From positions 384,001 through 448,000 of the forward strand of contig JBMNIH010000002.1 of the NCBI GenBank assembly GCA_050950825.1: a DNA stretch of 64,000 nucleotides, given 5' to 3'. Positions 20,467 to 29,475 of this stretch are shown piece by piece. A program made the translations under genes and the position numbers. The notes under the pieces were generated by a model. It had not been told where the DNA came from. It did not search any database and saw only the letters and a program-made list of their open reading frames with translations. Each line of letters starts with the position of its first letter. Within the stretch, counting starts at the first letter, position 1. This DNA comes from Clostridia bacterium (lineage in GTDB: Bacteria; Bacillota; Clostridia; JAAYHZ01).

Positions 20467-20528
20467 AATAAAAAAACACCTGAAGGGAATATTTCAGGCG
20501 TTCATACGATGTTTCATCGATCGGATTT

Positions 20529-20714
20529 TTAAAATCCCGATTTGTTGGTAGGATTGTTTAAAATGCCGAAACCGGTCAATACGGCCAACAGCAGCGTGAC
20601 AAAAAGATCCCATTTAGGGATTTCAAAGCCGACCCACTCTTTCAAAACGAAATAGATCAAAGCCAACATGGAAGCCCAAACCACCTTGCTTCTCCACCTG
20701 CTCTGTTGTTCCAT
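20529..20714 (-). CDS. Small holin-like membrane protein
   Basis: ATG 20714 after GGAGGAG; QSRWRSKVVW, two TM helices, GILNNPT; track start 20774. Confidence 0.7.
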   Translation of the reverse strand: MEQQSRWRSKVVWASMLALIYFVLKEWVGFEIPKWDLFVTLLLAVLTGFGILNNPTNKSGF

Positions 20715-20787
20715 TCGTCGCTCCTCCCCGTAAGGTTTAATGTTCCTAAGACAAGATATGCACGGTCGGGACAAATATGCGAAAACT

Positions 20788-21801
20788 TTATTTCTTTTCT
20801 TTGCTTCTTCGATAATAAATCAGGAATACGGATATGAACAGCATGAAGCAGGCGGCAAAAAACAAAATGGCGGACCGGTCCGATATAAGGTAGGTCTTCT
20901 CCATGTCTTCGGATATTTGCCGAATCTTTTGGGCTTGCTTCGCTTCTTTCTTGGTCATATTCAATGTAAATTGCCGTTGTACCGTGTCCTTTTTTTGACT
21001 CCCGTAGCTTACCGTAAGCAGGAGTTTATAGCTTTCTTCTTTGTATAAGCGATCCGGAACAAGAAAATCGGTTTGAAAAGCATTCTTCGGATAGACAATG
21101 TCCAAGGCTTTGGTTTCTTTATGGACCGGACGATTTTCCATATCGAATATTTCTATGGACACTTCCGGGTAATCGAAGGTATTTCCCGTATTTTCAATTT
21201 CAAAGGACAGTACCAAATCCCGATCCTTCACCCATTTTTTCTCGAAGGATTCTTTCAATTGAAAGAAAGAACAAAAGTCCGCATCCCCTTCGACTCGAAT
21301 CAAGACGGCACAGGATAAGGCATAAACTCGATTCATTTGAAAACGTATTCCTTTTTTTGCCTCTTCTCCCGGGGTTCCTTCCTCCTCGTCGCTTCTTAAA
21401 TACAGCACGGCGATATGGTCTCCGGGCATTGCATCATCGGGAACCCTGCCTTCCAATTCAATGATTTTTTCTTCGCCCGGTAAAAGAGCAATTCTTTCTT
21501 CGGAAAACCGAATCCATCCTCCTGCAGCCTCGCGGGTAGCTTCCTTAGGGGTTAGAATTTTGGTACCGCCGTTATCCGCCGTATACCCGTCGCTTATGAA
21601 CAAGGTATTTTCCTTGACCTCCGTTCCCCTGTTCGTCAACACAACGGAAAACCGAAAGGATTCTCCCGGCTTGCACTCGATATCCACGTAGCTTTTGTCG
21701 GAATCTTGTATTTGAAAATGAAACAAATAGGGCTCGAAGGCTCTTGCTTTCAGCGGTAAACAAAGAAAAACGAGAAACAATAAAAACGATACTTTTTTCA
21801 T
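20788..21801 (-). CDS. DUF916/DUF3324-type (WxL-interacting) cell-surface protein
   Basis: Signal peptide, PGESF...TN, DGYT..NGG, W..L.PGE, VPDDA.PGDH, ENTGN, C-terminal TM with basic tail; track start 21873. Confidence 0.75.
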   Translation of the reverse strand: MKKVSFLLFLVFLCLPLKARAFEPYLFHFQIQDSDKSYVDIECKPGESFRFSVVLTNRGTEVKENTLFISDGYTADNGGTKILTPKEATREAAGGWIRFSEERIALLPGEEKIIELEGRVPDDAMPGDHIAVLYLRSDEEEGTPGEEAKKGIRFQMNRVYALSCAVLIRVEGDADFCSFFQLKESFEKKWVKDRDLVLSFEIENTGNTFDYPEVSIEIFDMENRPVHKETKALDIVYPKNAFQTDFLVPDRLYKEESYKLLLTVSYGSQKKDTVQRQFTLNMTKKEAKQAQKIRQISEDMEKTYLISDRSAILFFAACFMLFISVFLIYYRRSKEKK

Positions 21802-21900
21802 GGAATCATATCCTTGTCTTTTGTGGTATATATAAAGCACCCCGAAATGTATCAAACAAATCGGGGCATGCATTTTCTATTTCCTTCCGGCTTCATGCCG

Positions 21901-22634
21901 CTATTCCAACACGGGATTTCCGGACACGCTGTACGTGATGGTTGTCCGATACGTTGCGGCAAAAATCTGATACTTTTGCGATTGGTTATTTACCATCACC
22001 GGAGTATTCAAAAGGAAATGCTCCTTTCAGCATCGTTGCTTCTGATCAATGTACCATTCGGCAGCCATTCCGACACGGTGATATCGCACTGCAGGTAAAA
22101 ATCGAATTCACCGGCGCCGTAGCCCGGATTTACCCGCAGCAAATCGAAGGTGCCGCTGTCGGTAATGAAGTTGTTGACGACATAGTTTCCCGAGGATACG
22201 GGGGTGCCGTAAGAAGACACGGGAGTCAAGAGAGTCCCGCCTTGTCCTAATTCGTTTAAAAGCTCGGCATCGTCAAACAAGCGAAAGGACATCCATTCTT
22301 CTACATTGACGAAAACATCCAATTCGGCACCATAACAGGTTGGATCTGCTATGGGAGTACTGTTTTTAAAATTCGACAAATCCACTCGAACCTTCCATCC
22401 TTCGTTTTTTCCGGACAAGTCCGTAACGGTGATGCGGTCCGTCTTTTGAAAGGTCGCCGTACCGCCTAACGCGATGGTCCACCGGTCTTGAGTCGGATTG
22501 ATTTGATCTTCGTGTTCAATCGAGATACTTAAAGACCCTCCGTCGATGGAGAATTCTTCGATTGTTCCGCTTTGGGCGTAAACATTGTAAGAGAATAGCA
22601 GCATGAAAATAACGGCAAACGATAGTTTTCTCAT
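21901..22634 (-). pseudogene. WxL-like secreted protein, frameshifted near its 3' end (main ORF 22008-22634; tail 21901-22011 in -1 frame)
   Basis: Signal peptide, GGSLSI, ITVTDLSG.NEGWKV; -1 frame reads LNTPV...AATYRTTITYSVSGNPVLE*. Confidence 0.6.
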
Positions 22635-23083
22635 TCGAGTATTCCTCCTTGGTAAATTATATTGCTTTTGTCTGTCGTTCCTTTCATTTAACCCATGTTG
22701 AGAAGGCCGGTTTTAATGTTTTATCTTTTGTATAAGAACGTCCCTACCCTCCTTCCTCCTCTTGCACATAACCGGTTTATGGTCAGGCCTTATTTACACA
22801 AACCGAAATATTGCAAGGTTACTCTTTTGTAAAAATCAATAGACTAACGGTATTATAACCGGAAAGTTTACAGTTGTTCAATAACACTGTAATCCATTTC
22901 CATGCCGTTTTCATATAAAATTCACGGAATATCCTATATATTCACTCATAATTGGCAGTTAACTGCAAAAAACTGCCGATTCCCCTCTAATATCTTCGTT
23001 TTGCAATACTTACCTATGCATTTCATACATCTTGCCTTCTCAAAATATTCTCAATTTTTTCTAAAAAAATTCATATTATGATG

Positions 23084-23138
23084 TTGACAGTTTCCTCTCC
23101 GCTACATATAATAACATATGTACAGTTATTCATATGTT
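23084..23138 (+). promoter_or_regulatory. Sigma-A promoter and SmtB/ArsR-type operator
   Basis: TTGACA 23084, 17 bp, TATAAT 23107; inverted repeat AACATATG-N10-CATATGTT at 23113-23138. Confidence 0.85.
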
Positions 23139-23166
23139 CAAAGGTTAAAAAGAAGAGGTGTGAATC

Positions 23167-23535
23167 ATGGCGGATTTTGCAGACCGATGCGATTGTACGG
23201 TCATTCACGAAGATGTAGTGGAAAGAGTAAAAGAGGTTATGCCCGAGGAAGAGAACCTGTACGATTTGGCCGAGCTTTTTAAGGTCTTTGGGGATACGAC
23301 TCGGATCAAGCTCTTATGGGCTTTGGACAAGGAGGAAATGTGTGTTTGCGATTTGGCCATTTTATTGAACATGACCCAATCGGCCGTATCTCATCAGCTC
23401 CGCGTGTTAAAGCAAGCACGACTGGTTAAATTCCGTAGAGACGGCAAAAACGTGTATTACTCGCTGGACGACGATCATGTGAAGTTGATGTTCGAGCAGG
23501 GTTTGCTGCATATCAATGAAAAAGAACCGAAATAA
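23167..23535 (+). CDS. ArsR/SmtB metal-sensing repressor
   Basis: N-terminal CDC...H, LAELFKVFGD.TRI, EMCVCD, SAVSHQLR, YYSLDDDHV. Confidence 0.93.
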   Translation: MADFADRCDCTVIHEDVVERVKEVMPEEENLYDLAELFKVFGDTTRIKLLWALDKEEMCVCDLAILLNMTQSAVSHQLRVLKQARLVKFRRDGKNVYYSLDDDHVKLMFEQGLLHINEKEPK

Positions 23536-23563
23536 TGATGCGAACACCTGGAAAGGGGAAACT

Positions 23564-25768
23564 ATGACAAGAGGTCAACAGAACTTAACAAAAACAAAAA
23601 AACGCATCGGGGTCAGCTCTTCGAAGGCTACCCTTCCCAATGTAAAAAAGACATATACGGTCACCGGATTGGGCTGCGCTCACTGTGCCGAACGCATGGA
23701 AAGAGAAATCGGCAGATTAGCCGGAGTTAGCGAAGCTCGTTTAGACTTTGTCAACAAAAAACTCACCCTGGTTTTGGACACGGCCGAAGAGCTCGACCAA
23801 TTGAAAAGCAAAGTCCGAGCAATCGTTAAAAGAATCGAATACGGTGCCGATATTGACGATAAAGCTGAATCTCATGATCATGAACATGATCATGAACATG
23901 AACACCATGAAAGTCAAAACATTTGGCTTCTCGTGTCGGGTGCCGTCTTGTTTTTGGCCGCCGTTCTTTTAAGTTTACCTCAATTTCCGAAAATCCTTTT
24001 GTTTGCGGTGAGCTTGGTCCTCATCGGCGGTGAAATTTATGAAAAGGCCGTAAGAAACATTATACGAGGCCGGGTTTTCGACGAGAATTTTCTAATGAGT
24101 ATTGCTTCCATCGGTGCTTTTATCATCGGCGAATACGCCGAAGGCGTCGCCGTCATGCTGTTTTACCAAATCGGCGAATACGTGCAAGCCCGAGCGGTGG
24201 ATAAATCCCGCCGATCCATTGCTTCCTTGATGGATATCAAACCGGAGTATGCCAATCGTAAGGTCGGAAACGAAACCGTGAGGGTTGCTCCGGAGCAAAT
24301 AGCCGTCGGAGATTTGATCGTTGTGAAGCCGGGAGAAAAAATACCCTTAGACGGAACGGTTGTAGAAGGTACCTCCATGCTGGATACGTCGGCTTTAACC
24401 GGAGAATCCTTGCGCCAAGAGGTTTCGGAAGGCCATACCGTTTTTTCCGGATCCATTAACATGAACGGGCTTTTAACCGTGAAGGTAACCAAGCCTTACG
24501 GAGAATCCACCGTTTCCAAAATATTGGACTTGGTGGAGAATGCAAGCTCGAAAAAAGCGCCTACCGAAAACTTCATTACAAAGTTTGCTCGCGTCTACAC
24601 GCCTACCGTGGTAACCGTCGCGGCTCTTATAGCCTTCATCCCCCCTTTGGTTATAAAAGAAGCTCTTTTTTCCCAATGGCTCTACCGTGCCCTTGTTTTT
24701 CTGGTCATATCCTGCCCCTGTGCTTTGGTCATATCCATCCCCTTAGGCTTTTTCGGCGGAATCGGCGGAGCCTCGGCCAACGGAATATTAATAAAAGGAG
24801 GCAACTACTTGGAAGCCTTGAACCAAGTGGATACGGTCGTTTTTGATAAAACCGGCACGTTGACCAAAGGCGTTTTCGAAGTAGATAAAATCGTCACCTT
24901 CGGCAAGCTTTCCAAAGACGAGCTTTTAATGCTTGCCGCATACGCCGAAAGCTTCTCCAATCACCCCATTGCCGCTTCCGTTTTAAAAGCCTACGGTAAG
25001 ACCGTAGATAAAAACCTTATTTCCGACTTTAAAGAAACGGCCGGCTTCGGAATCGAGGCGTCCATTGAGGGAAAAAAGGTGTTGCTGGGTAATGAAAAAT
25101 TAATGAAAAAAGAGAAAATTTCTTTTACGAAGTCCGATGAAGCCGGTACGGTTGTTTACCTTGCCGTAGACGGCCGTTTCGAAGGATACATCGTCATATC
25201 CGACCAAGTAAAAGGCGACAGCAAAATAACCGTTTCCACCTTGAAAAAAAGCGGCGTAAAAAAAACCGTTATGCTCACGGGAGACAAGAAAGAGATCAGC
25301 GAAAGGATTTCGTCGGACCTTGGTATCGACCAAGTGTATGCCGAGCTTTTGCCTCATGAAAAGGTTAAGGTATTGGAAGACTTGAGCAAAAAGATTCCCC
25401 AAGGGAAAAAGCTTCTGTTTGTCGGAGACGGTATCAACGATGCCCCGGTATTGGCAAGAGCGGACATCGGAGTTGCCATGGGCGGATTAGGCTCGGATGC
25501 CGCCATCGAAGCGGCGGACATCGTTCTTATGACCGACGAGCCCTCCAAGCTGATCAGCGCTTTGCAAATCGCAAGCAAAACGCGAAGCATTGTATGGCAA
25601 AACATTATTTTGGCCTTGGGCGTTAAAGCCGTGGTGTTGGTCCTTGGGGCGGGAGGCATAGCCTCCATGTGGGAAGCCGTTTTTGCCGACGTAGGAGTCG
25701 CACTTTTGGCCATATTGAACGCTCTGCGTGTTATGAGAATCCGACCCGGAAAATCCTCCTTCATATAA
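23564..25768 (+). CDS. cadA: Heavy-metal (Cd/Zn) P1B-type ATPase
   Basis: GLGCAHC HMA domain, His-rich linker, TGES, SCPC, DKTGT, HP, GDGINDAP; track start 23516. Confidence 0.92.
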   Translation: MTRGQQNLTKTKKRIGVSSSKATLPNVKKTYTVTGLGCAHCAERMEREIGRLAGVSEARLDFVNKKLTLVLDTAEELDQLKSKVRAIVKRIEYGADIDDKAESHDHEHDHEHEHHESQNIWLLVSGAVLFLAAVLLSLPQFPKILLFAVSLVLIGGEIYEKAVRNIIRGRVFDENFLMSIASIGAFIIGEYAEGVAVMLFYQIGEYVQARAVDKSRRSIASLMDIKPEYANRKVGNETVRVAPEQIAVGDLIVVKPGEKIPLDGTVVEGTSMLDTSALTGESLRQEVSEGHTVFSGSINMNGLLTVKVTKPYGESTVSKILDLVENASSKKAPTENFITKFARVYTPTVVTVAALIAFIPPLVIKEALFSQWLYRALVFLVISCPCALVISIPLGFFGGIGGASANGILIKGGNYLEALNQVDTVVFDKTGTLTKGVFEVDKIVTFGKLSKDELLMLAAYAESFSNHPIAASVLKAYGKTVDKNLISDFKETAGFGIEASIEGKKVLLGNEKLMKKEKISFTKSDEAGTVVYLAVDGRFEGYIVISDQVKGDSKITVSTLKKSGVKKTVMLTGDKKEISERISSDLGIDQVYAELLPHEKVKVLEDLSKKIPQGKKLLFVGDGINDAPVLARADIGVAMGGLGSDAAIEAADIVLMTDEPSKLISALQIASKTRSIVWQNIILALGVKAVVLVLGAGGIASMWEAVFADVGVALLAILNALRVMRIRPGKSSFI

Positions 25769-25785
25769 AAATAAATGCAATGAGA

Positions 25786-25816
25786 AAAGGAGAGCTTTTA
25801 TGCTCTCCTTCTTTTT
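25786..25816. terminator. Probable bidirectional terminator between convergent genes
   Basis: AAGGAGAGC-6nt-GCTCTCCTT with T-rich flanks. Confidence 0.75.
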
Positions 25817-25841
25817 GCAAATACAATATATAAAGCTTTAA

Positions 25842-26033
25842 TTAGCGTCTGTATCCGCCTCTGGCTCCGGTGCGATTGTCTCTGTTGTTTCTTTGTTGCT
25901 TTCTAGCTCTTCTGCAATCCGGACATCTTAAAGGTTCGTTCGTGAAACCCTTTTCTTTGTAAAATTCTTGTTCTCTTTCGGTGAATACGAAATTTGTTCC
26001 GCAATCCTTACAAGATAAAATTTTGTCTGCCAT
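25842..26033 (-). CDS. Zinc-ribbon protein (zf-trcl family)
   Basis: DK.L.CKDCG..FVFT..EQEFY..KGF.NEP.RCPDCR. Confidence 0.9.
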   Translation of the reverse strand: MADKILSCKDCGTNFVFTEREQEFYKEKGFTNEPLRCPDCRRARKQQRNNRDNRTGARGGYRR

Positions 26034-26205
26034 TTGAAACCTCCATAATTTATCTGGATCTTATTGCCCGAACCACCATCTCCAAATGAATTAAAGAGGT
26101 TGTTTGAGATAATGAATCCATTTTTTCGCGCATAAGCGCGTAAATACATACTAACACGAAAAGATTAAGAATGCAATATGCTGTGAAAAATATTTTTATT
26201 TCCCA

Positions 26206-26742
26206 TTAATTTTTAGGTGGATTTTTCGTAGTTATGGGATTCATAACCATAACCATCGATTTGCCGTCCAAATTCGGCTTCTTTTCAAGAACTCCTACTT
26301 CTTTCAAGGCATCGGCAAATGCATTAAGGACTTCGTACCCGTTTTGGGTAAACTGCATTTCTCTGCCTCGGAATCGAATACTGACCTTTACTTTATCTCC
26401 GTTTTGTAAAAATCGATAAGCGTTTTTCACTTTAAAATCAAAATCATGTTTATCAATTTTTGCCGACAACCTTACTTCTTTTATATTCAGTATTGTTTGC
26501 TTTTTCTTTGACTCTTTTTCTCTTTTTGATTTTTCATATTGATACTTGCCGTAATCCATAATCTTGCATACAGGCGGCACCGAATTGGGTGCTATCTTCA
26601 CAAGATCCAAATTTTTCGACACGGCAATTTCCAGTGCCTTTTTAGGAGACATGACACCTAACATGGTTCCGTCTGCATCAATAACTCGGACTTCCTTATC
26701 TCTGATTTCTTCATTGATCATTCCGGTCTCGTTTTTCTTAAT
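26206..26742 (-). CDS. infC: Translation initiation factor IF-3 (probable ATT start)
   Basis: INEEIR..EVR, LDLV, PPVCKIMDYGK, KVKVSIRFRGRE; GGAGG 8 nt before ATT at 26742; track start 26970 runs through a promoter and terminator. Confidence 0.95.
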   Translation of the reverse strand: MKKNETGMINEEIRDKEVRVIDADGTMLGVMSPKKALEIAVSKNLDLVKIAPNSVPPVCKIMDYGKYQYEKSKREKESKKKQTILNIKEVRLSAKIDKHDFDFKVKNAYRFLQNGDKVKVSIRFRGREMQFTQNGYEVLNAFADALKEVGVLEKKPNLDGKSMVMVMNPITTKNPPKN

Positions 26743-26784
26743 ACTCAACACCTCCGCTAAGTTATATATTTTCATACCTCTTTC

Positions 26785-26813
26785 ATTATACCGCCTTTTA
26801 CTCCAAGTTTCAA
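26785..26813 (-). promoter_or_regulatory. Sigma-A promoter of infC
   Basis: TTGAAA, 17 bp, TATAAT. Confidence 0.7.
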
Positions 26814-26904
26814 TCGGTTCATGCCAATTTTGTACAGAACAACCAAAACGATTGAATTTCATAAAATTTTCAGCCGAAATTCCACTCCTTGATCGGTCGG
26901 CAAT

Positions 26905-26941
26905 AAAAAACGGCAACAAGGTTTTTCCCTTGTCACCGTTT
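26905..26941 (-). terminator. Terminator after kamA
   Basis: AAACGGTGACAAGG/CCTTGTTGCCGTTT stem plus T-run. Confidence 0.75.
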
Positions 26942-26972
26942 GATTCATGCACAACGATCGGATAAGACAATA

Positions 26973-28088
26973 CTACTCTTTCGGATTCGGATAATAAAAG
27001 ATTTTCCCTTCAAAATTCCTTAATGTAACGCCTTCCTCCGTCATATCCACGATGTAATCACGGTTTACCGGTGTTTTTCCTCCCCCGCCGGGAGCGTCAA
27101 TCACGTACTCCGGCACCGCAAATCCCGTAATATTTCCCCTTATGCTCTTCAACATTTCCATACCCTTGGAAACCTTGGTACGAAAATGACCGATGCCTTG
27201 GGAGACGTCGCACTGGTACAAATAATACGGTCGGACTCGAATACTTACCAGCTTCAAGAATAAAGCCTTCAAAATTTCAGTATCGTCATTGACACCACGG
27301 AGAAGAACGCTTTGGTTCCCCAACGGGATGCCGGCATCCACGATTTTTCTGCAGGCTTCGGAGGACTCCTTCGTAATCTCCTTCGGATGGTTAAAATGGG
27401 TATTAATCCAAAGGGGATGGTATTTTTTCAGCATATTTAAAAGCTCGTCGGTAATTCTCATGGGCAGAACCACCGGCGTACGGGTTCCGATACGAATGAT
27501 TTCAACGTGAGGTATTTCCCTCACCTTTTTAATAATCCCCTCCAGTCGTGCATCGGGCATAACCAAAGGATCTCCTCCCGACAGCAGCACGTCACGGATG
27601 ACGGTGTTTTTGCGTATGTATTCCAAAGCCGCTTCCAGTCTTTTATCGCTTATGGAATAGTCTTCGCACCCTACCAGTCTTCTTCTCGTACAGTGCCTGC
27701 AGTACATGGAGCACTTATGGGTCAGCACCAAAAGCACCCTGTCCGGGTATCGGTGGACCAGACCCGGTACGGGAGAATATTTCTCTTCGCAAAGAGGGTC
27801 TTCTCGTTCACAAGGGTCGATGATGAGCTCCTTGGCGGAAGGTATCGCTTGTTTTCGGATCGGACAATCCGGATTGCTGTCGTCGATAAGTGCCGCGTAA
27901 TACGGCGTAATGGCCATTTTAAACTTTTGCAGGCATTTTTCAATGTCTTCTTTTTCTTCCTTCTTCAAGTGAACGATTTTGCTTAGTTGCTCCGTATCGG
28001 TAATCCGATTCTTGATTTGCCATTTCCAATCGTTCCAATGCTCAAGGGAATAATCCTTCCATATTTGTGCTTTTTCATTCTCATCCAT
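26973..28088 (-). CDS. kamA: Lysine 2,3-aminomutase (KamA family radical SAM, PLP)
   Basis: HRYPDR, CSMYCRHCTRRR, LSGGDP, NHP, GNQSVLL, PYYLYQCD, IDAPGGGGK; start 28088 or 28094 (track 28115). Confidence 0.88.
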   Translation of the reverse strand: MDENEKAQIWKDYSLEHWNDWKWQIKNRITDTEQLSKIVHLKKEEKEDIEKCLQKFKMAITPYYAALIDDSNPDCPIRKQAIPSAKELIIDPCEREDPLCEEKYSPVPGLVHRYPDRVLLVLTHKCSMYCRHCTRRRLVGCEDYSISDKRLEAALEYIRKNTVIRDVLLSGGDPLVMPDARLEGIIKKVREIPHVEIIRIGTRTPVVLPMRITDELLNMLKKYHPLWINTHFNHPKEITKESSEACRKIVDAGIPLGNQSVLLRGVNDDTEILKALFLKLVSIRVRPYYLYQCDVSQGIGHFRTKVSKGMEMLKSIRGNITGFAVPEYVIDAPGGGGKTPVNRDYIVDMTEEGVTLRNFEGKIFYYPNPKE

Positions 28089-28090
28089 TA

Positions 28091-29125
28091 TCATTCGCCT
28101 CGATTCGGGTTCCATGGTTTCATACCATATCTTTCCAATGCACAGTTAAAAACGCTCAGTATCAATTCCTTGTAACTCATTCCGCAGAATTCCGCTATCA
28201 TGGGATAATCGCTGTAGGAAGGAGCCAAACCCGGCAGCGGGTTGATCTCGATAAAATAGATGTCTCCTTGGTCCGACAGACGAAAATCAATCCTCGAAAA
28301 ATCCCTGCAGCTTAAAACCCGGTGAATCTTTAAGGCGGTTTCTTTCATTCTGTTGTTTGTTTCATCGTCCAATAAGGGAGGGCAGATGTATTCCACATAG
28401 TCCTTGTAATGGGTTTTTACATGGAAACTGTAGATACGATTTTCTCGTCCTTCTTTCAAGTAGCGAATTTCCATCGGCTCAAAGGCGCGGGCATTTTCCC
28501 CGTTTCCCAAAACGCCTACGGTGAATTCTCTTCCCGATATGAATTGCTCGATCAGCATGGGCTGACCGTACAGCTTGAAATTTTTATCCAGTACGGCTTT
28601 CAGTTCTTCCGCGTTATCAACCACCGCCGTTTGGCCTATTCCCTTTCCGGAGCCTTCATGGTTCGGTTTCACGATCAAAGGAAAGGTTAACCCCGGACCT
28701 TCTTCGATACTCGGCGATTTCGCCAATCGATAATCCGGGGTTTGTATATGAAACGTAGATAAATAGCGTTTTGTAATCTCTTTATCCAACGCCATAGCCA
28801 AAGTCGTTTCATCGGATCCGGTGTAAGGGATTCCCAAATAGCTTAATATGGCCGGAATATGAGCTTCCCTTCCTCTGCCGTTCGTGCCTTCGGCTATGTT
28901 AAACACGATATCCGGTTTTGCTTCTTTCAGTCTTTCCACAATATCCGCATCCGCTTCAAAAAGCTCCACTTTATAGCCTTCCGAGAGAAATACGTCCCGT
29001 ATTGCGGCTATTGTGTCAAATGAATCGTACTCCGCTTCGATATCGTCTGCTTCGGAGATAACGCCTTTTTTCAGGTTATACGTTATACCGACAGACGGAA
29101 GCGGAGGTTTTGTTTCGTTTTCCAT
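28091..29125 (-). CDS. D-Ala-D-Ala-ligase-like ATP-grasp amide ligase
   Basis: VFNIAEG..GRE, IPYTGSD, LDK, FPLIVKP..EGSGKGI, EQFISGREFTV, RIDFR, EINPLPGL. Confidence 0.85.
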   Translation of the reverse strand: MENETKPPLPSVGITYNLKKGVISEADDIEAEYDSFDTIAAIRDVFLSEGYKVELFEADADIVERLKEAKPDIVFNIAEGTNGRGREAHIPAILSYLGIPYTGSDETTLAMALDKEITKRYLSTFHIQTPDYRLAKSPSIEEGPGLTFPLIVKPNHEGSGKGIGQTAVVDNAEELKAVLDKNFKLYGQPMLIEQFISGREFTVGVLGNGENARAFEPMEIRYLKEGRENRIYSFHVKTHYKDYVEYICPPLLDDETNNRMKETALKIHRVLSCRDFSRIDFRLSDQGDIYFIEINPLPGLAPSYSDYPMIAEFCGMSYKELILSVFNCALERYGMKPWNPNRGE

Positions 29126-29475
29126 CTATCATCACTCGCCCATCGTAATAAATTAAGGTTTTTTCACCCTTCATCAGCCCATTATAGCACCGGGAATATG
29201 AAAAGAAACAGCGGAAAAAAGCCTAATCCATACGTTTAAACAACTGTATACCGGTTTTAGTAAAGGGCCTTCCTGTCTCGCGGTCTATCTAGTTCACGCC
29301 TATTCTTCGTCAATCTTTTAAAAATGGTACTATATATAGTGGATTTTTCCGGTCTTTGCTTAAAAATTTTTACTTGCTTTGTATTTGTATTTTTTTTTAT
29401 GGTAATTGTACAAATACGGTGTATAATAGTGTTAATATTTATTCTTTCTTCAAAATAAGAAAGGAGTTCATATCC

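Noticed and set aside
22940-22990. Possible c-di-GMP riboswitch upstream of surface genes
   Set aside because: The conserved aptamer elements are not recognisable; only one stem is present.
23872-23910. CATGAT/CATGAA tandem repeat
   Set aside because: It encodes the ordinary His-rich linker of the P1B ATPase.
26743-26970. Long N-terminal extension of IF-3 in the ORF track
   Set aside because: It runs through the kamA terminator and the infC promoter, so it is an ORF-calling artefact.
26206-29125. Idea that the ligase beta-lysylates the adjacent IF-3
   Set aside because: A terminator and a separate promoter divide the genes; adjacency is the only support.
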